DNA of 35,766 bases from Gallionellaceae bacterium. GTDB taxonomy: Bacteria > Pseudomonadota > Gammaproteobacteria > Burkholderiales > Gallionellaceae. The position numbers were made by a program, and so were the translations under genes. The DNA lies in assembly GCA_003151655.1 (NCBI GenBank), contig PLYB01000275.1:34320-70085 (forward strand), read 5' to 3'. Below, in pieces: positions 25,646-34,665 of the stretch (position 1 is its first letter; each line of letters opens with the position of its first letter). The notes under the pieces are model-generated. The model worked only from the letters and a program-made list of their open reading frames with translations. It was not told where the DNA came from and did not search any database.

Positions 25646-26919
25646 TTCTGGCTTCCCAATATTTCCTGCGCTAATTGTGTAGCCTGAGCATAATGCTTGG
25701 CGATGTCCGCATCCCATTGCTGCTCAATACTTTCTGAATGACTGTCGCGCCTGATGAATGAGTGTTGGAGATCATTGTCATTGACCTGAGCTAATGTTAG
25801 CGGTAGCCAATTGGCCTGACTGTGTGCGACTTTTAGTCGAGGATCGTCAGGGGCTTTTTGCTCGGCTTGATGAATCGTTACCCACATTGTTTTCAACGCT
25901 GCATGATGGCGAGTAATCAGCGCGTCGAATAATGCCCCGACAACTTCCTGCCGCGCTAAGCCGGATGCCATATCGTACTTGTAGGAAGCACGCTGCGCAG
26001 CGGCAAACGGATCGAAATAGCCATCCGGTTTGTGGGCATACACAGATGGTCGCACAGGCAATTTGCGGATGTCGGGATGGAACAAAATCTTTTGTCCCTG
26101 TTCTGACAGTACAAAATTGGCAAAAGCTCGCGCACCCTCAAGATGCGCAGCATCGTTAAAAATTGCAATGTGAGCCGGGGAATATCCAACCTTTTCAGGA
26201 TAAGCAAAGCGCAAAGGCTTGCCATTGGCAATCGCGGAAGTGGCAAAAAAATCTATGGTTGCGCCCACCGCTATTCGTCCACTGCCAACATCATCTGAAA
26301 TGAAAGCCGAACCGGCATCTGCCAAGCTGGCATTGGCGGCTACTTGTTCAAGAATGCTCCAACCTTGCTCCCAGCCATAGCCTTGCAGCAAAGTGTCAAC
26401 CAGCATAGGGGCATAACCAGTCTTGGACGGGATTGGAAAAGCAATATGACCGCTGAAAGCAGGTGAGGTCAGCGTCTTCCAATCAATCGGCACCGGCAAC
26501 CCCAAGCGATGCAATTCGCCTGGATTGTAGGCCATGCCGAATCCTGCTGTTTCGGTGGCGACATAGAAACCGTCAGGGTCGGAAATCTGAAATCCGCCGA
26601 TTACTTTCGGCAAGCCATTCAAGTCAATATCCAACTTACGGAATGCGCCTTCTTTTGCTAGTACAGCAAAATTGCGTTGCGCCGGAGTCCAGTACACATC
26701 AATTGCACCATGCGGCTGGTGCAGATAGGACATGGCATCTCTGGATTGCCGCCAGAGAATCTCAAGTTGGAATTGCGGATAGGCTTGCTCGAATGCCGCC
26801 TCGAATTGCGTAACGACTTCCTGCGGATAGCTGGTCAACACCACTACCTTTTCAGTGGCGCTGGCCAGTTGCGACAACAACAAAAGCACTACTGAAACGA
26901 TCCATATAATCTGCGTCAT
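25642..26919 (-). CDS. Periplasmic solute-binding protein (family-1 type) with C-terminal extension
   Basis: Signal peptide MTQIIWIVSVVLLLLSQLASA. Type-II SBP-like body (KVVVLTSYPQEV...) plus a helical tail of about 90 aa. No permease or ATPase is present in this operon. Confidence 0.7.
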   Translation of the reverse strand: MTQIIWIVSVVLLLLSQLASATEKVVVLTSYPQEVVTQFEAAFEQAYPQFQLEILWRQSRDAMSYLHQPHGAIDVYWTPAQRNFAVLAKEGAFRKLDIDLNGLPKVIGGFQISDPDGFYVATETAGFGMAYNPGELHRLGLPVPIDWKTLTSPAFSGHIAFPIPSKTGYAPMLVDTLLQGYGWEQGWSILEQVAANASLADAGSAFISDDVGSGRIAVGATIDFFATSAIANGKPLRFAYPEKVGYSPAHIAIFNDAAHLEGARAFANFVLSEQGQKILFHPDIRKLPVRPSVYAHKPDGYFDPFAAAQRASYKYDMASGLARQEVVGALFDALITRHHAALKTMWVTIHQAEQKAPDDPRLKVAHSQANWLPLTLAQVNDNDLQHSFIRRDSHSESIEQQWDADIAKHYAQATQLAQEILGSQK

Positions 26920-26949
26920 AAATATACTCCTGAAACATCAAGTGGCATT

Positions 26950-26991
26950 GGCGATACGGATAAGATTTTGTGTGCACGTATCCGAATCGCC
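26950..26991 (-). other. Intercistronic hairpin between the receptor and binding-protein genes
   Basis: ggcgatacggata and tatccgaatcgcc pair at 12 of 13 positions, with a 16-nt loop. Confidence 0.5.
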
Positions 26992-27007
26992 AAATGTTTT
27001 AACTACT

Positions 27008-29068
27008 TCAAAGGTGATAATTCAAAGCAATCTTCGCCGTGCGACCTGGCATCGGAAAACCTTGGGTAAGCTCGTAGTTTTGGTCGAGAAGGTTATAAAT
27101 TCCTCCATTGATCGACAGCTCTTTGCTTAGGTGCTCGGTAAAGCGTAGATTGGTAACCACACTACCAGCAACGGGTTCAAGACCGTTGGTAGTCGTTTGC
27201 AGGCTGCTATTTCCCTGAACATCGGCAGAAAATTCGACGGCATCAGAGGCGAGCCAAGTCACGCTAACCGCACCGCGATTGTTTGGTGTCCCCGTGGGTA
27301 CAAGACCTGCTGTTCCCAATGTTCTGTTGAGGTAGCTATAGTTAAAAGTACTCAACCAGTTTTGCGCCAGAGGTACCTTTAAGCTTAGATCCAGTCCGTT
27401 GTTGGTGGCTGTCCCTACATTTTGATTTTGAGATAGACCCGGCGAGACCGATACTGATTGAATAGCATTGTCGATTGAGTCCCAGAAAAGTGCCGCATCG
27501 TAGCTCGCAGAACCTAAACGACCAGCTACACCGATTTCACGGTTAAGTGCATGTTCCGGCCCAAGGCTTGGATTGGGAATAGAAGCGCCCAAGCTGTACG
27601 AATAGATATCTTTGATTCCCGGAAAGCGAGTTTTTTGGCCGATACCTGCACGTATGATGGGATCACCTGTGCCTAGTGAAGTCCCGAGATCTTGCTTTAC
27701 TGTGAGTTGCCAATTGTCAGCATCGGCAGGGCTTGCAATTGGCTGAGCCATTATTGCGGTATCTGCGTTGTTGGTGTAGCCTTGGGCTTGGTCGAATTCG
27801 TGACGATCATGGCGATAGCCCATCACCAGTTCAGTGGATTTACTTAGTTTCCATGTGTCCTCAATCCCCGCCGAATAAGTTCGAGCTTCAAAATTTAGCC
27901 AAGGGCTTTCATAGGGCTGTTTATTGCTAGGCAGTTGGACTTCTGTATGGACATCGTCCTTATAGAATCCGGCAACTTTGACAAAGTGCGCATTGCTAAC
28001 AGGTTCGCCTAGTTCAAGATTTACACCGCTGGAATGATCATCATACTGTGAATTAAAAGCATATGGCCTCGCAGTGGTGGTGTAACTGGCATTGTCGTAC
28101 GAATCAAGCTGGTTTATAAATTTGTCCAAGTAAACGCGTGATTTCAAATACCCCTCGCCAATACCTGTATTTCCAATGAAGTAATAACTTTGTTTGTCCC
28201 ACTGCGGCCAATCCCAGTAGGCTACTTTTTGTCCCGTGACAGTAGTATTTCCAGTATAGGGCGCATCTTGCTTTGTGCTATGAACAGTGTTTATGCCGAA
28301 GGCATACTCGTCTGTGGCGCGGGGGGTGAATCCGATTTTAAGATTGTAGTTTCCAACATCGCTGGCCGCGTTTAAACGCGTTCCCGCAGGTTGAGCAGCT
28401 ACTGGCGTGAAGCTACTTGAAAGTGGGAAGCCGGTGGAATTGTCGTAAGCAACCCCGCCCGTTATGTACCATTGGTCATTGATGCGACTGCCTAGCTGGG
28501 CGCTGCCAAAAGTTGAATTTATGCCATTCCGACCGCCGCTTATTCCCTCGCTTACATCCATTGTTAAAGGCTTGTCCGGACGCTTGGTAATGAGGTTGAT
28601 TGTGCCTCCCATATTATTGGGCCCATACATCAAAGAGCCCAAGCCTTTAGTTACGACTATTTCTGATAAGTTTGGTGTAAGCAGTCGGCTTAAATCCACG
28701 TTGCCATCATAAGGGACATAGATTGGAATACCATCGACGTTCAATGTCACTTGGTTTTGGTTGAATCCTCGTATGTACACCTGCGACTCGGATCTTTGTC
28801 CGGTTAAAGTCGGCGATATGCCTGTGACGTGAGACAGCGCTTGACCGACATCGAGAGTTTGATTGCTTTGCATGGATTGCTCGGTGACGGTTTCCTCGCT
28901 GAATCCTCGGGTGATGGTGGAAGGCTCCACTGAAGCATTGACTTCAATTTCTCCGAGTTGAAATATGTCAGAAGTGGCTGGGGTATCTGCGCCATGAGCA
29001 AAAGTCGAATATAAAAGTATCAGTGCGGCAACGGGGCGTAAACAAAATGAGCGAGGCAAGGTAGGCAT
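27008..29068 (-). CDS. TonB-dependent outer-membrane receptor
   Basis: 686 aa. Signal peptide, a plug region (QLGEIEVNA..., IYIRGF-type block VYIRGFNQNQVTLNVDGIPI) and long beta-barrel-like repeats. Confidence 0.9.
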   Translation of the reverse strand: MPTLPRSFCLRPVAALILLYSTFAHGADTPATSDIFQLGEIEVNASVEPSTITRGFSEETVTEQSMQSNQTLDVGQALSHVTGISPTLTGQRSESQVYIRGFNQNQVTLNVDGIPIYVPYDGNVDLSRLLTPNLSEIVVTKGLGSLMYGPNNMGGTINLITKRPDKPLTMDVSEGISGGRNGINSTFGSAQLGSRINDQWYITGGVAYDNSTGFPLSSSFTPVAAQPAGTRLNAASDVGNYNLKIGFTPRATDEYAFGINTVHSTKQDAPYTGNTTVTGQKVAYWDWPQWDKQSYYFIGNTGIGEGYLKSRVYLDKFINQLDSYDNASYTTTARPYAFNSQYDDHSSGVNLELGEPVSNAHFVKVAGFYKDDVHTEVQLPSNKQPYESPWLNFEARTYSAGIEDTWKLSKSTELVMGYRHDRHEFDQAQGYTNNADTAIMAQPIASPADADNWQLTVKQDLGTSLGTGDPIIRAGIGQKTRFPGIKDIYSYSLGASIPNPSLGPEHALNREIGVAGRLGSASYDAALFWDSIDNAIQSVSVSPGLSQNQNVGTATNNGLDLSLKVPLAQNWLSTFNYSYLNRTLGTAGLVPTGTPNNRGAVSVTWLASDAVEFSADVQGNSSLQTTTNGLEPVAGSVVTNLRFTEHLSKELSINGGIYNLLDQNYELTQGFPMPGRTAKIALNYHL

Positions 29069-29104
29069 TAATATTCTTTCCTAAAATAATTAAAGATTAA
29101 TTCG

Positions 29105-29126
29105 GTTATGTAAGTTGGTACATAAC
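29105..29126. promoter_or_regulatory. Candidate ModE operator (Mo-box)
   Basis: GTTATGTA-agttgg-TACATAAC is a perfect 8-bp inverted repeat with a 6-nt spacer, flanked by CG and GC. It resembles the remembered TATATA-N6-TATATA / CGTTAT...ATAACG ModE site. It lies 37 nt upstream of the receptor ATG. Confidence 0.5.
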
Positions 29127-29400
29127 GCTAAAACGTTTCAGCAAAGGGCGTGCCAAAGTCGTAGAGTGCGATGGCATGGGAGCTTTCATAATGTTGACCA
29201 ATAGCGTTGTAGCCTAAAGGTTGTAACGAATGCGCCAAATTGTTTTTAAGCCTACAAGGGAAAAGGATTTAGACGGGGGTTGCAAATAAATAACATTCAC
29301 TGAAATTCAGTCGCAGCCTGATATAGCAGGGGCGATGAATATTGTGGCATCGCTTTTGCTCAGCGTTAGGTTGTAGATAGTTATAACGAACGAGGTCATT

Positions 29401-30213
29401 ATGTCTCAATTGAATGTGAAGAAAACGAAGAATGAATCTAGTGTTGTCTCCACACTAAAAATAGCCAAAGGACGGCGCTGGGATCATTTAGAATTGTTGG
29501 AGCGTATCGACGTAACGGGTTCTATTACGGCTGCAGCGAGTGCGATGGGCATGAGCTACAAAGCGGCATGGGAAGCGGTGGAAAGTATTAATAATCTTTC
29601 CGAGCAGCCGTTGGTGGAGCGCAAGACTGGCGGGCAAAAAGGTGGCGGAACTACCCTCACCACTTATGGTCGCCGGGTAGCGGGGGCGTATCGGCGCTTG
29701 GAGCAGGAGCGTGAGCAAGTGCTCAAAAAGCTGGCTGAAGTGATGGACGACTTCGATGAGTATTACCATTTGATAAGGAGATTTGACATGAAAACAAGTG
29801 CACGCAATCAATTTCTAGGCAAGATCAAAAGCATCAAAATGGGTGCAGTCAATGCCGAAATAGTAATGGATATCGGAGGTGGTGATTCGTTGGCCGCAGT
29901 GATTACCAACGAGAGCGTAGATCATTTGGGACTCAAGGTGGGTACGGAAGCTTATGCTTTGATCAAAGCGCCTTGGGTGATCGTGACGACTTCCGAAGGC
30001 TTTAAGACCAGTGCACGCAATGAGTTGCACGGTAAGATCGCGCGTTGCCAGGAAGGCGCAGTGAATGGCGAAGTGATTATTGAGCTGGCAGGCGGTAAGT
30101 TTGTGGCGGCGGTGGTAACCAACGACAGTATCAAATCGTTGGGACTTAAAGAAGGTGTAAAGGCATGTGCGTTGATTAAAGCTTCGCACGTAATTTTGGC
30201 TGTTAATGCGTAA
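29401..30213 (+). CDS. modE: Molybdate-responsive transcriptional regulator ModE
   Basis: N-terminal GSITAAASAMGMSYKAAWEAVESINNLSEQPLVERKTGGQKGGG, plus two Mop/TOBE repeats that each begin TSARN. Confidence 0.9.
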   Translation: MSQLNVKKTKNESSVVSTLKIAKGRRWDHLELLERIDVTGSITAAASAMGMSYKAAWEAVESINNLSEQPLVERKTGGQKGGGTTLTTYGRRVAGAYRRLEQEREQVLKKLAEVMDDFDEYYHLIRRFDMKTSARNQFLGKIKSIKMGAVNAEIVMDIGGGDSLAAVITNESVDHLGLKVGTEAYALIKAPWVIVTTSEGFKTSARNELHGKIARCQEGAVNGEVIIELAGGKFVAAVVTNDSIKSLGLKEGVKACALIKASHVILAVNA

Positions 30214-30224
30214 AAGAGCGGGAA

Positions 30225-30992
30225 ATGGAATTGCGTAAATCTCATCGGTTGGTTTTGCTTGGCGCATTGCTCTTTGGAACAATGATTCGTTCGGTGTATG
30301 CCGGTGAGGTTAACGCAGCCGTAGCGGCAAATTTTACCGCGCCAGTGCAACAAATCGTCGCGCTGTTTGAAAAAGAAACCGGAAATACGGTGAAACTTTC
30401 TTTTGGTTCCAGCGGCAAGTTCTATTCACAAATTAAGGAAGGCGCGCCTTTCGATGTGTTCCTTGCGGCTGATGAAAAGAATCCCAAGTTGTTGGAGCAG
30501 GAAAGTCTGGCTGTTGCCAATACCCGTTTTGTTTACGCCTTGGGCAAGCTGGTGTTGTGGAGTGCAAAGCCGGGATTTGTCGATGACAAAGGTGCTGTGT
30601 TAAGCAAGGGCAGCTATAACAAACTTTCGTATGCCGATCCCAAGCTCGCTCCTTACGGCTTGGCGGCACAAGAGACTTTGCAAAAACTGGAACTGTGGGA
30701 CAAAGTGCAAAGTAAATTGGTGACCGGCGAAAGCATTACTCAGGCTTATCAATTTGCCGCGACGGGAAATGCCGAGTTGGCTTTTATCGCGTTGTCGCAG
30801 ATTACTAAAGACGGCAAGGTAACGGAAGGATCGTGGTGGGTTGTGCCGGAAAATTTGTATACGCCGATTAAACAAAGTGCCGTGCTGTTGTCTGCGGCAA
30901 AAGATAAAATAGCGGCGCAAGCATTCCTTGATTTTTTAAAGAGTAAAAAAGCAGCGGCGATTATTCGTAGTTTTGGGTATGAGTTGCCGTAA
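30225..30992 (+). CDS. modA: Molybdate ABC transporter substrate-binding protein ModA
   Basis: Signal peptide, then AAVAANFTAPVQQIVALFEKETGNTVKLSFGSSG. Confidence 0.9.
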   Translation: MELRKSHRLVLLGALLFGTMIRSVYAGEVNAAVAANFTAPVQQIVALFEKETGNTVKLSFGSSGKFYSQIKEGAPFDVFLAADEKNPKLLEQESLAVANTRFVYALGKLVLWSAKPGFVDDKGAVLSKGSYNKLSYADPKLAPYGLAAQETLQKLELWDKVQSKLVTGESITQAYQFAATGNAELAFIALSQITKDGKVTEGSWWVVPENLYTPIKQSAVLLSAAKDKIAAQAFLDFLKSKKAAAIIRSFGYELP

Positions 30993-31031
30993 TTCATCGT
31001 CACTTCATTCGTGATGAGGTGTCTTTTGCTT

Positions 31032-31148
31032 CCCTCGATACGGCTTTGCCTACTCGGGACGAACGGATCAATGTGCTTAGCATAAGCAAAAATAAAATTT
31101 ACGGAGGCCGTTCGCCCTGAGTGCCCGCATAGCGGGTGTATCGAAGGG
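31032..31148. repeat. Convergent pair of REP-like units in the modA-modB gap
   Basis: ccctcgatacggctttgcctactcgggacgaacgg is similar to the reverse complement of ccgttcgccctgagtgcccgcatagcgggtgtatcgaaggg. Shared pieces are cccTCGATAC...ACTC(A)GGG(A/C)CGAACGG. Confidence 0.65.
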
Positions 31149-31168
31149 TGTTTTGAAGTGAAAACATT

Positions 31169-31855
31169 ATGCAAACCCTAGACCCCTCCGACCTCCAAGC
31201 CATTTGGCTCACGCTCAAGCTAGCGAGCGTGGTCACTTTGTTGCTGCTGTTCATTGCCACACCGTTAGCCTGGTGGCTGGCGCACAGCCGCAAGTGGTAC
31301 AAAGGTATCGTGTCGGCAATGGTGGCGTTGCCGCTGGTATTGCCACCGACGGTGTTGGGCTTTTATTTGTTGTTGCTGATGGGACCGCAGGGGCTGGTGG
31401 GCGAACTAACCAGTGCGTTGCATCTGGGTAGACTGCCATTTTCTTTTGCCGGATTAGTGATCGGCTCTGTGCTGTTCTCAATGCCCTTCGCTGTGCAACC
31501 GATCCAAAATGCATTCGAAGCCATAGGTAAACGTCCGCTGGAAGTGGCGGCAACTTTGCGTGCAAACGCGTGGGATCGTTTTGTTAGCGTGGCGCTGCCA
31601 CTGGCTCGTCCGGGTTTTCTCACCGCAATCATTCTGGCCTTTGCCCACACCGTCGGCGAGTTCGGCGTGGTGTTGATGCTGGGCGGCAATATTCCGGGCG
31701 AGACGCGCGTGCTTTCGGTGGCGATTTACAACCACGTCGAAGCGATGGAATATGCTCCCGCGCATCTGCTGGCCGGTGGCATGGTGTTGTTCTCCTTCAT
31801 CGTATTGTTGTCGCTGTATCTTACGGGCGGCAAGGTGTGGAGAGTGACGCGATGA
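31169..31855 (+). CDS. modB: Molybdate ABC transporter permease ModB
   Basis: 228-aa membrane protein with an EAA-loop-like region (ATLRANAWDRFVSVALPLARPG). Confidence 0.9.
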   Translation: MQTLDPSDLQAIWLTLKLASVVTLLLLFIATPLAWWLAHSRKWYKGIVSAMVALPLVLPPTVLGFYLLLLMGPQGLVGELTSALHLGRLPFSFAGLVIGSVLFSMPFAVQPIQNAFEAIGKRPLEVAATLRANAWDRFVSVALPLARPGFLTAIILAFAHTVGEFGVVLMLGGNIPGETRVLSVAIYNHVEAMEYAPAHLLAGGMVLFSFIVLLSLYLTGGKVWRVTR

Positions 31856-32940
31856 GCGAAGGATCGTTGGGAAAAATACAAGCTAACTTCACGTTGCAAT
31901 TGGATAGCTTCGCACTGAATGCCGCGTTCAGCGCACCCGCCATAGGCGTTACCGCTTTGTTCGGCCCTTCCGGTTCCGGCAAGACCACGCTGCTGCGTTG
32001 CATCGCAGGATTGGAGCGTGCCACCGGCACACTGCAGGTGAACGGCGAAACTTGGCAGGACGCAACGACTATTGTAGCAACCCATAAACGCCCACTTGGG
32101 TATGTGTTTCAGGAGGCGAGTTTGTTTCCGCATCTGTCGGTGCGCGCCAATCTGGAATATGGTTACAAGCGCATCGCCGCTACCGAACGAAAAGTTCAAC
32201 TCGAACAAGTGGTGGAATGGCTGGGCTTGAGTCAGCTCATTGATCGTTGCGATCCGGCGCTGCTTTCCGGCGGCGAACGCCAGCGTGTCGCCATTGGCCG
32301 TGCACTGCTAACCAGTCCGCGCATTTTATTAATGGATGAACCGCTCTCCGCGCTCGACACAAACAGCAAGCAGGAGATTTTGCCGTATCTGGAACGCTTG
32401 CATCGCGAACTGGAAATTCCCGTGTTCTATGTCAGTCATGCGCTGGATGAAGTGGCGCGTCTGGCCGACCATCTGGTGCTGCTGGAGCACGGCCGCGTCA
32501 TCGCCAGTGGCGCATTACACGAAACTCTTGCGCGGCTTGATCTGCCCACTGCACATTTTGACGATGCGGGTGCGGTGATCGAGGCCGCCGTGGCACGACA
32601 CGATGACCCCTATCACCTTACGCGACTTGATTTCTCAGGTGCTAGTTTGTGGGTCGGCAAACTCGATCAGCCGATGGGCACGCGGGTGCGTGCCCGCGTA
32701 TTGGCACGCGATGTGAGCATTGCCACCGTTATGCCGCGCGATTCCAGCATCACCAATATACTCGACGGTGTCATCAATGAGATTCGCGACGAAGGGCCGG
32801 ACAAAGTCATTGTGCGCATCACGATAGGCCAATCACAAGCACTGCTCTCGCGCATCACCCGCCGTTCCCGCGACCAATTGAGTTTGGTGGTTGGCATGAC
32901 GGTATTCGTGCAGGTGAAAAGCGTGGCGTTGATGTCATAA
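31852..32940 (+). CDS. modC: Molybdate ABC transporter ATPase ModC
   Basis: ATG at 31852 overlaps the modB stop. Walker A GPSGSGKT, signature LSGGERQR and a C-terminal TOBE domain. Confidence 0.9.
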   Translation: MSEGSLGKIQANFTLQLDSFALNAAFSAPAIGVTALFGPSGSGKTTLLRCIAGLERATGTLQVNGETWQDATTIVATHKRPLGYVFQEASLFPHLSVRANLEYGYKRIAATERKVQLEQVVEWLGLSQLIDRCDPALLSGGERQRVAIGRALLTSPRILLMDEPLSALDTNSKQEILPYLERLHRELEIPVFYVSHALDEVARLADHLVLLEHGRVIASGALHETLARLDLPTAHFDDAGAVIEAAVARHDDPYHLTRLDFSGASLWVGKLDQPMGTRVRARVLARDVSIATVMPRDSSITNILDGVINEIRDEGPDKVIVRITIGQSQALLSRITRRSRDQLSLVVGMTVFVQVKSVALMS

Positions 32941-33004
32941 GGAATGGAAAGCGCATGAGCTATTTGGCGCTATACTTATGGAAACCATAGATTAGGCGTA
33001 TGAA

Positions 33005-33538
33005 ATGAAAGAAGCCCTAGTTGCACTCAACAAAGCCTGTGAATCCGGTGTTATTGACGGGTACGCCATCGGCGGCGCAATCGGTGCTTCTTTCTATATC
33101 GAGGCAGTCAACACCGAAGACGTAGACGCGTTCGTATTCCTCACCCCGCCAGCCGAATCAGCCCTGATTACGCTTACCCCGCTTTACGACGAACTGATCC
33201 GGTTGGGTGGGGTTGTCGAAAACGAGTATATTCGTTTTGGCAGTTGGCCAGTTCAAATTCTGCCTGCTTACAAGCCGCTTGTTGAGGAGGCGATTTTTAA
33301 CGCAGTCGAGGTTCTATTTGGTGACATCAAGACGAAAGTATTTACGGCTGAATACTTGTGCGCTATTGCATTGGACACTGGAAGAATCAAAGATTATTAT
33401 AGGGTCGCCATGTTTATTGAGCAATCGGCGGTGAATCTGGATGAATTAGAAGTGCTGGTTGATCGTTTTGAGTTGCAAGAGAGAGTTCGACATGTCCAAA
33501 ATTGGCCCGAAAAACACAACATTCAAAAGCCGCGATGA
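33005..33538 (+). CDS. Nucleotidyltransferase-fold hypothetical protein
   Basis: 177 aa. GGAIGASFY...TEDVDAFV fits the G-[SA]...DxD motif of minimal nucleotidyltransferases. Confidence 0.5.
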   Translation: MKEALVALNKACESGVIDGYAIGGAIGASFYIEAVNTEDVDAFVFLTPPAESALITLTPLYDELIRLGGVVENEYIRFGSWPVQILPAYKPLVEEAIFNAVEVLFGDIKTKVFTAEYLCAIALDTGRIKDYYRVAMFIEQSAVNLDELEVLVDRFELQERVRHVQNWPEKHNIQKPR

Positions 33539-33677
33539 AGCAAGTATGACCGAGTTTGTCGTTCGGGCAAAAGCTTCATATCGCAAGGCATCAGGTTCTC
33601 TCTCTTGGGAAGAAAAGGTTGCCTCCATCGAGCGCATGCGTGAGGCATCCAAGACAATAAGGCGGGCGCGGGCATAG
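33492..33677 (+). CDS. Small basic hypothetical protein overlapping the 3' end of the nucleotidyltransferase-fold gene
   Basis: 61-aa ORF from ATG 33492, with a 47-nt out-of-frame overlap. Coding status is uncertain. Confidence 0.3.
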   Translation: MSKIGPKNTTFKSRDEASMTEFVVRAKASYRKASGSLSWEEKVASIERMREASKTIRRARA

Positions 33678-33744
33678 GCTCGACTTGTATCTAAATTCAA
33701 ACTACCGGATTGGATTATTTCCGTCGCAAGCGCCCAATAGCAAT

Positions 33745-33760
33745 TGTCACAATTGCTACA
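33745..33760 (+). promoter_or_regulatory. NifA upstream activator sequence (TGT-N10-ACA)
   Basis: TGTcacaattgctACA lies about 75 nt upstream of the -24 element at 33834. Confidence 0.6.
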
Positions 33761-33833
33761 AATGTCCTTCGCGCTAGTTCTAAAATTTATCTTATCTCTC
33801 GCTGTTATTGGCTTCCTGCTTAATCTGTCCAAC

Positions 33834-33849
33834 TGGCACGTTGGTTGCT
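33834..33849 (+). promoter_or_regulatory. sigma54 promoter of the LRV operon
   Basis: TGGCAC-GTTGG-TTGCT, 49 nt upstream of the ATG at 33898. Confidence 0.75.
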
Positions 33850-33897
33850 TTTGTCCATTAAAGATTTATTGCGGAGCGATGATTGAAAGTATTGGAT

Positions 33898-34665
33898 ATG
33901 TCGGAACGTCATTTCGAGGTGTCGCCGTTGACTGAAGTTATGCTCGCCGATTGCTCGGTTTGCCCGCATCGTGCATTATTGGCGGAAGGAAAATGCGTGC
34001 AGGGTGACATCTGCGTGACAGTTCATAGCGGGCGCCAGATCGACCGGTTTTTGCGGCGCAATCCGCAATTTGCGCCGGACTATTTGAACGACAGCTTCTG
34101 GGAGCGGCGTGCTATCGCCGCTCGTCACGCGCCGCTGGAGATGCTGCGGAACAGGCCGCGTGATGCGGATGAAGTTGTACGGCGCGTGCTGGCAAGCCGC
34201 TTGCCGATTGATGAGCTGGATGATTATTTGCATGACACTGATCGTGAAGTGCGCATGACGGTGGCCGCACGTATTGCGCCGGAATGTTTGACTGCTTTGC
34301 TTGGTGATGAAGATTATCTGGTACGCTTGCAAGTTGCCAAGCGTATGCCGCACGGACAGTTGCGCCGCATGGCGCATGACCCGGATCGCGAGGTGCGCAA
34401 GGAAGTGGCACGGCGCATGCCGCCTTTTGCCCTGAGCCTGTTGGCAAAAGACGAGGATGAGGAAGTGCGTCGCCTCGTTGTGTCGCGCATGTTGCCGGAT
34501 GACGCGGCGAAGATGTTGGCGGATGCCGATTGGGTGGTGCGTTTGGAAGCGGTGCAACGTGCGCCGGTGGAATTTATCACCGAGCTGGTGGACGATGATG
34601 AGCCTGATGTGCGTGCCGCAGTGCGGCAACGTTTGGATGAATTTTTGCAGGGGGACAACCAATGA
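33898..34665 (+). CDS. 4Fe-4S-binding leucine-rich-variant (LRV) repeat protein
   Basis: N-terminal Cys cluster (CSVCPHRALLAEGKCVQGDIC) followed by repeated D.D..VR...A.R. LRV motifs. The start is moved to ATG 33898. Confidence 0.85.
   Translation: MSERHFEVSPLTEVMLADCSVCPHRALLAEGKCVQGDICVTVHSGRQIDRFLRRNPQFAPDYLNDSFWERRAIAARHAPLEMLRNRPRDADEVVRRVLASRLPIDELDDYLHDTDREVRMTVAARIAPECLTALLGDEDYLVRLQVAKRMPHGQLRRMAHDPDREVRKEVARRMPPFALSLLAKDEDEEVRRLVVSRMLPDDAAKMLADADWVVRLEAVQRAPVEFITELVDDDEPDVRAAVRQRLDEFLQGDNQ

Noticed and set aside
29069-29104. AT-rich stretch upstream of the receptor gene as a possible Fur box
   Set aside because: There is no acceptable match to the GATAATGATAATCATTATC-type palindrome by eye.
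29369-29388. Second possible Mo-box (GGTTGTA-gatagt-TATAACG) just upstream of the modE ATG
   Set aside because: Only the right half-site is convincing. The site overlaps the modE ribosome-binding region. It is kept only as a weak candidate.
17434-33744. Search for an integrase, transposase, tRNA gene or clear att sites that would define a classical genomic island
   Set aside because: None was found. The only repeat boundaries seen are the gene-fragment duplications reported above.
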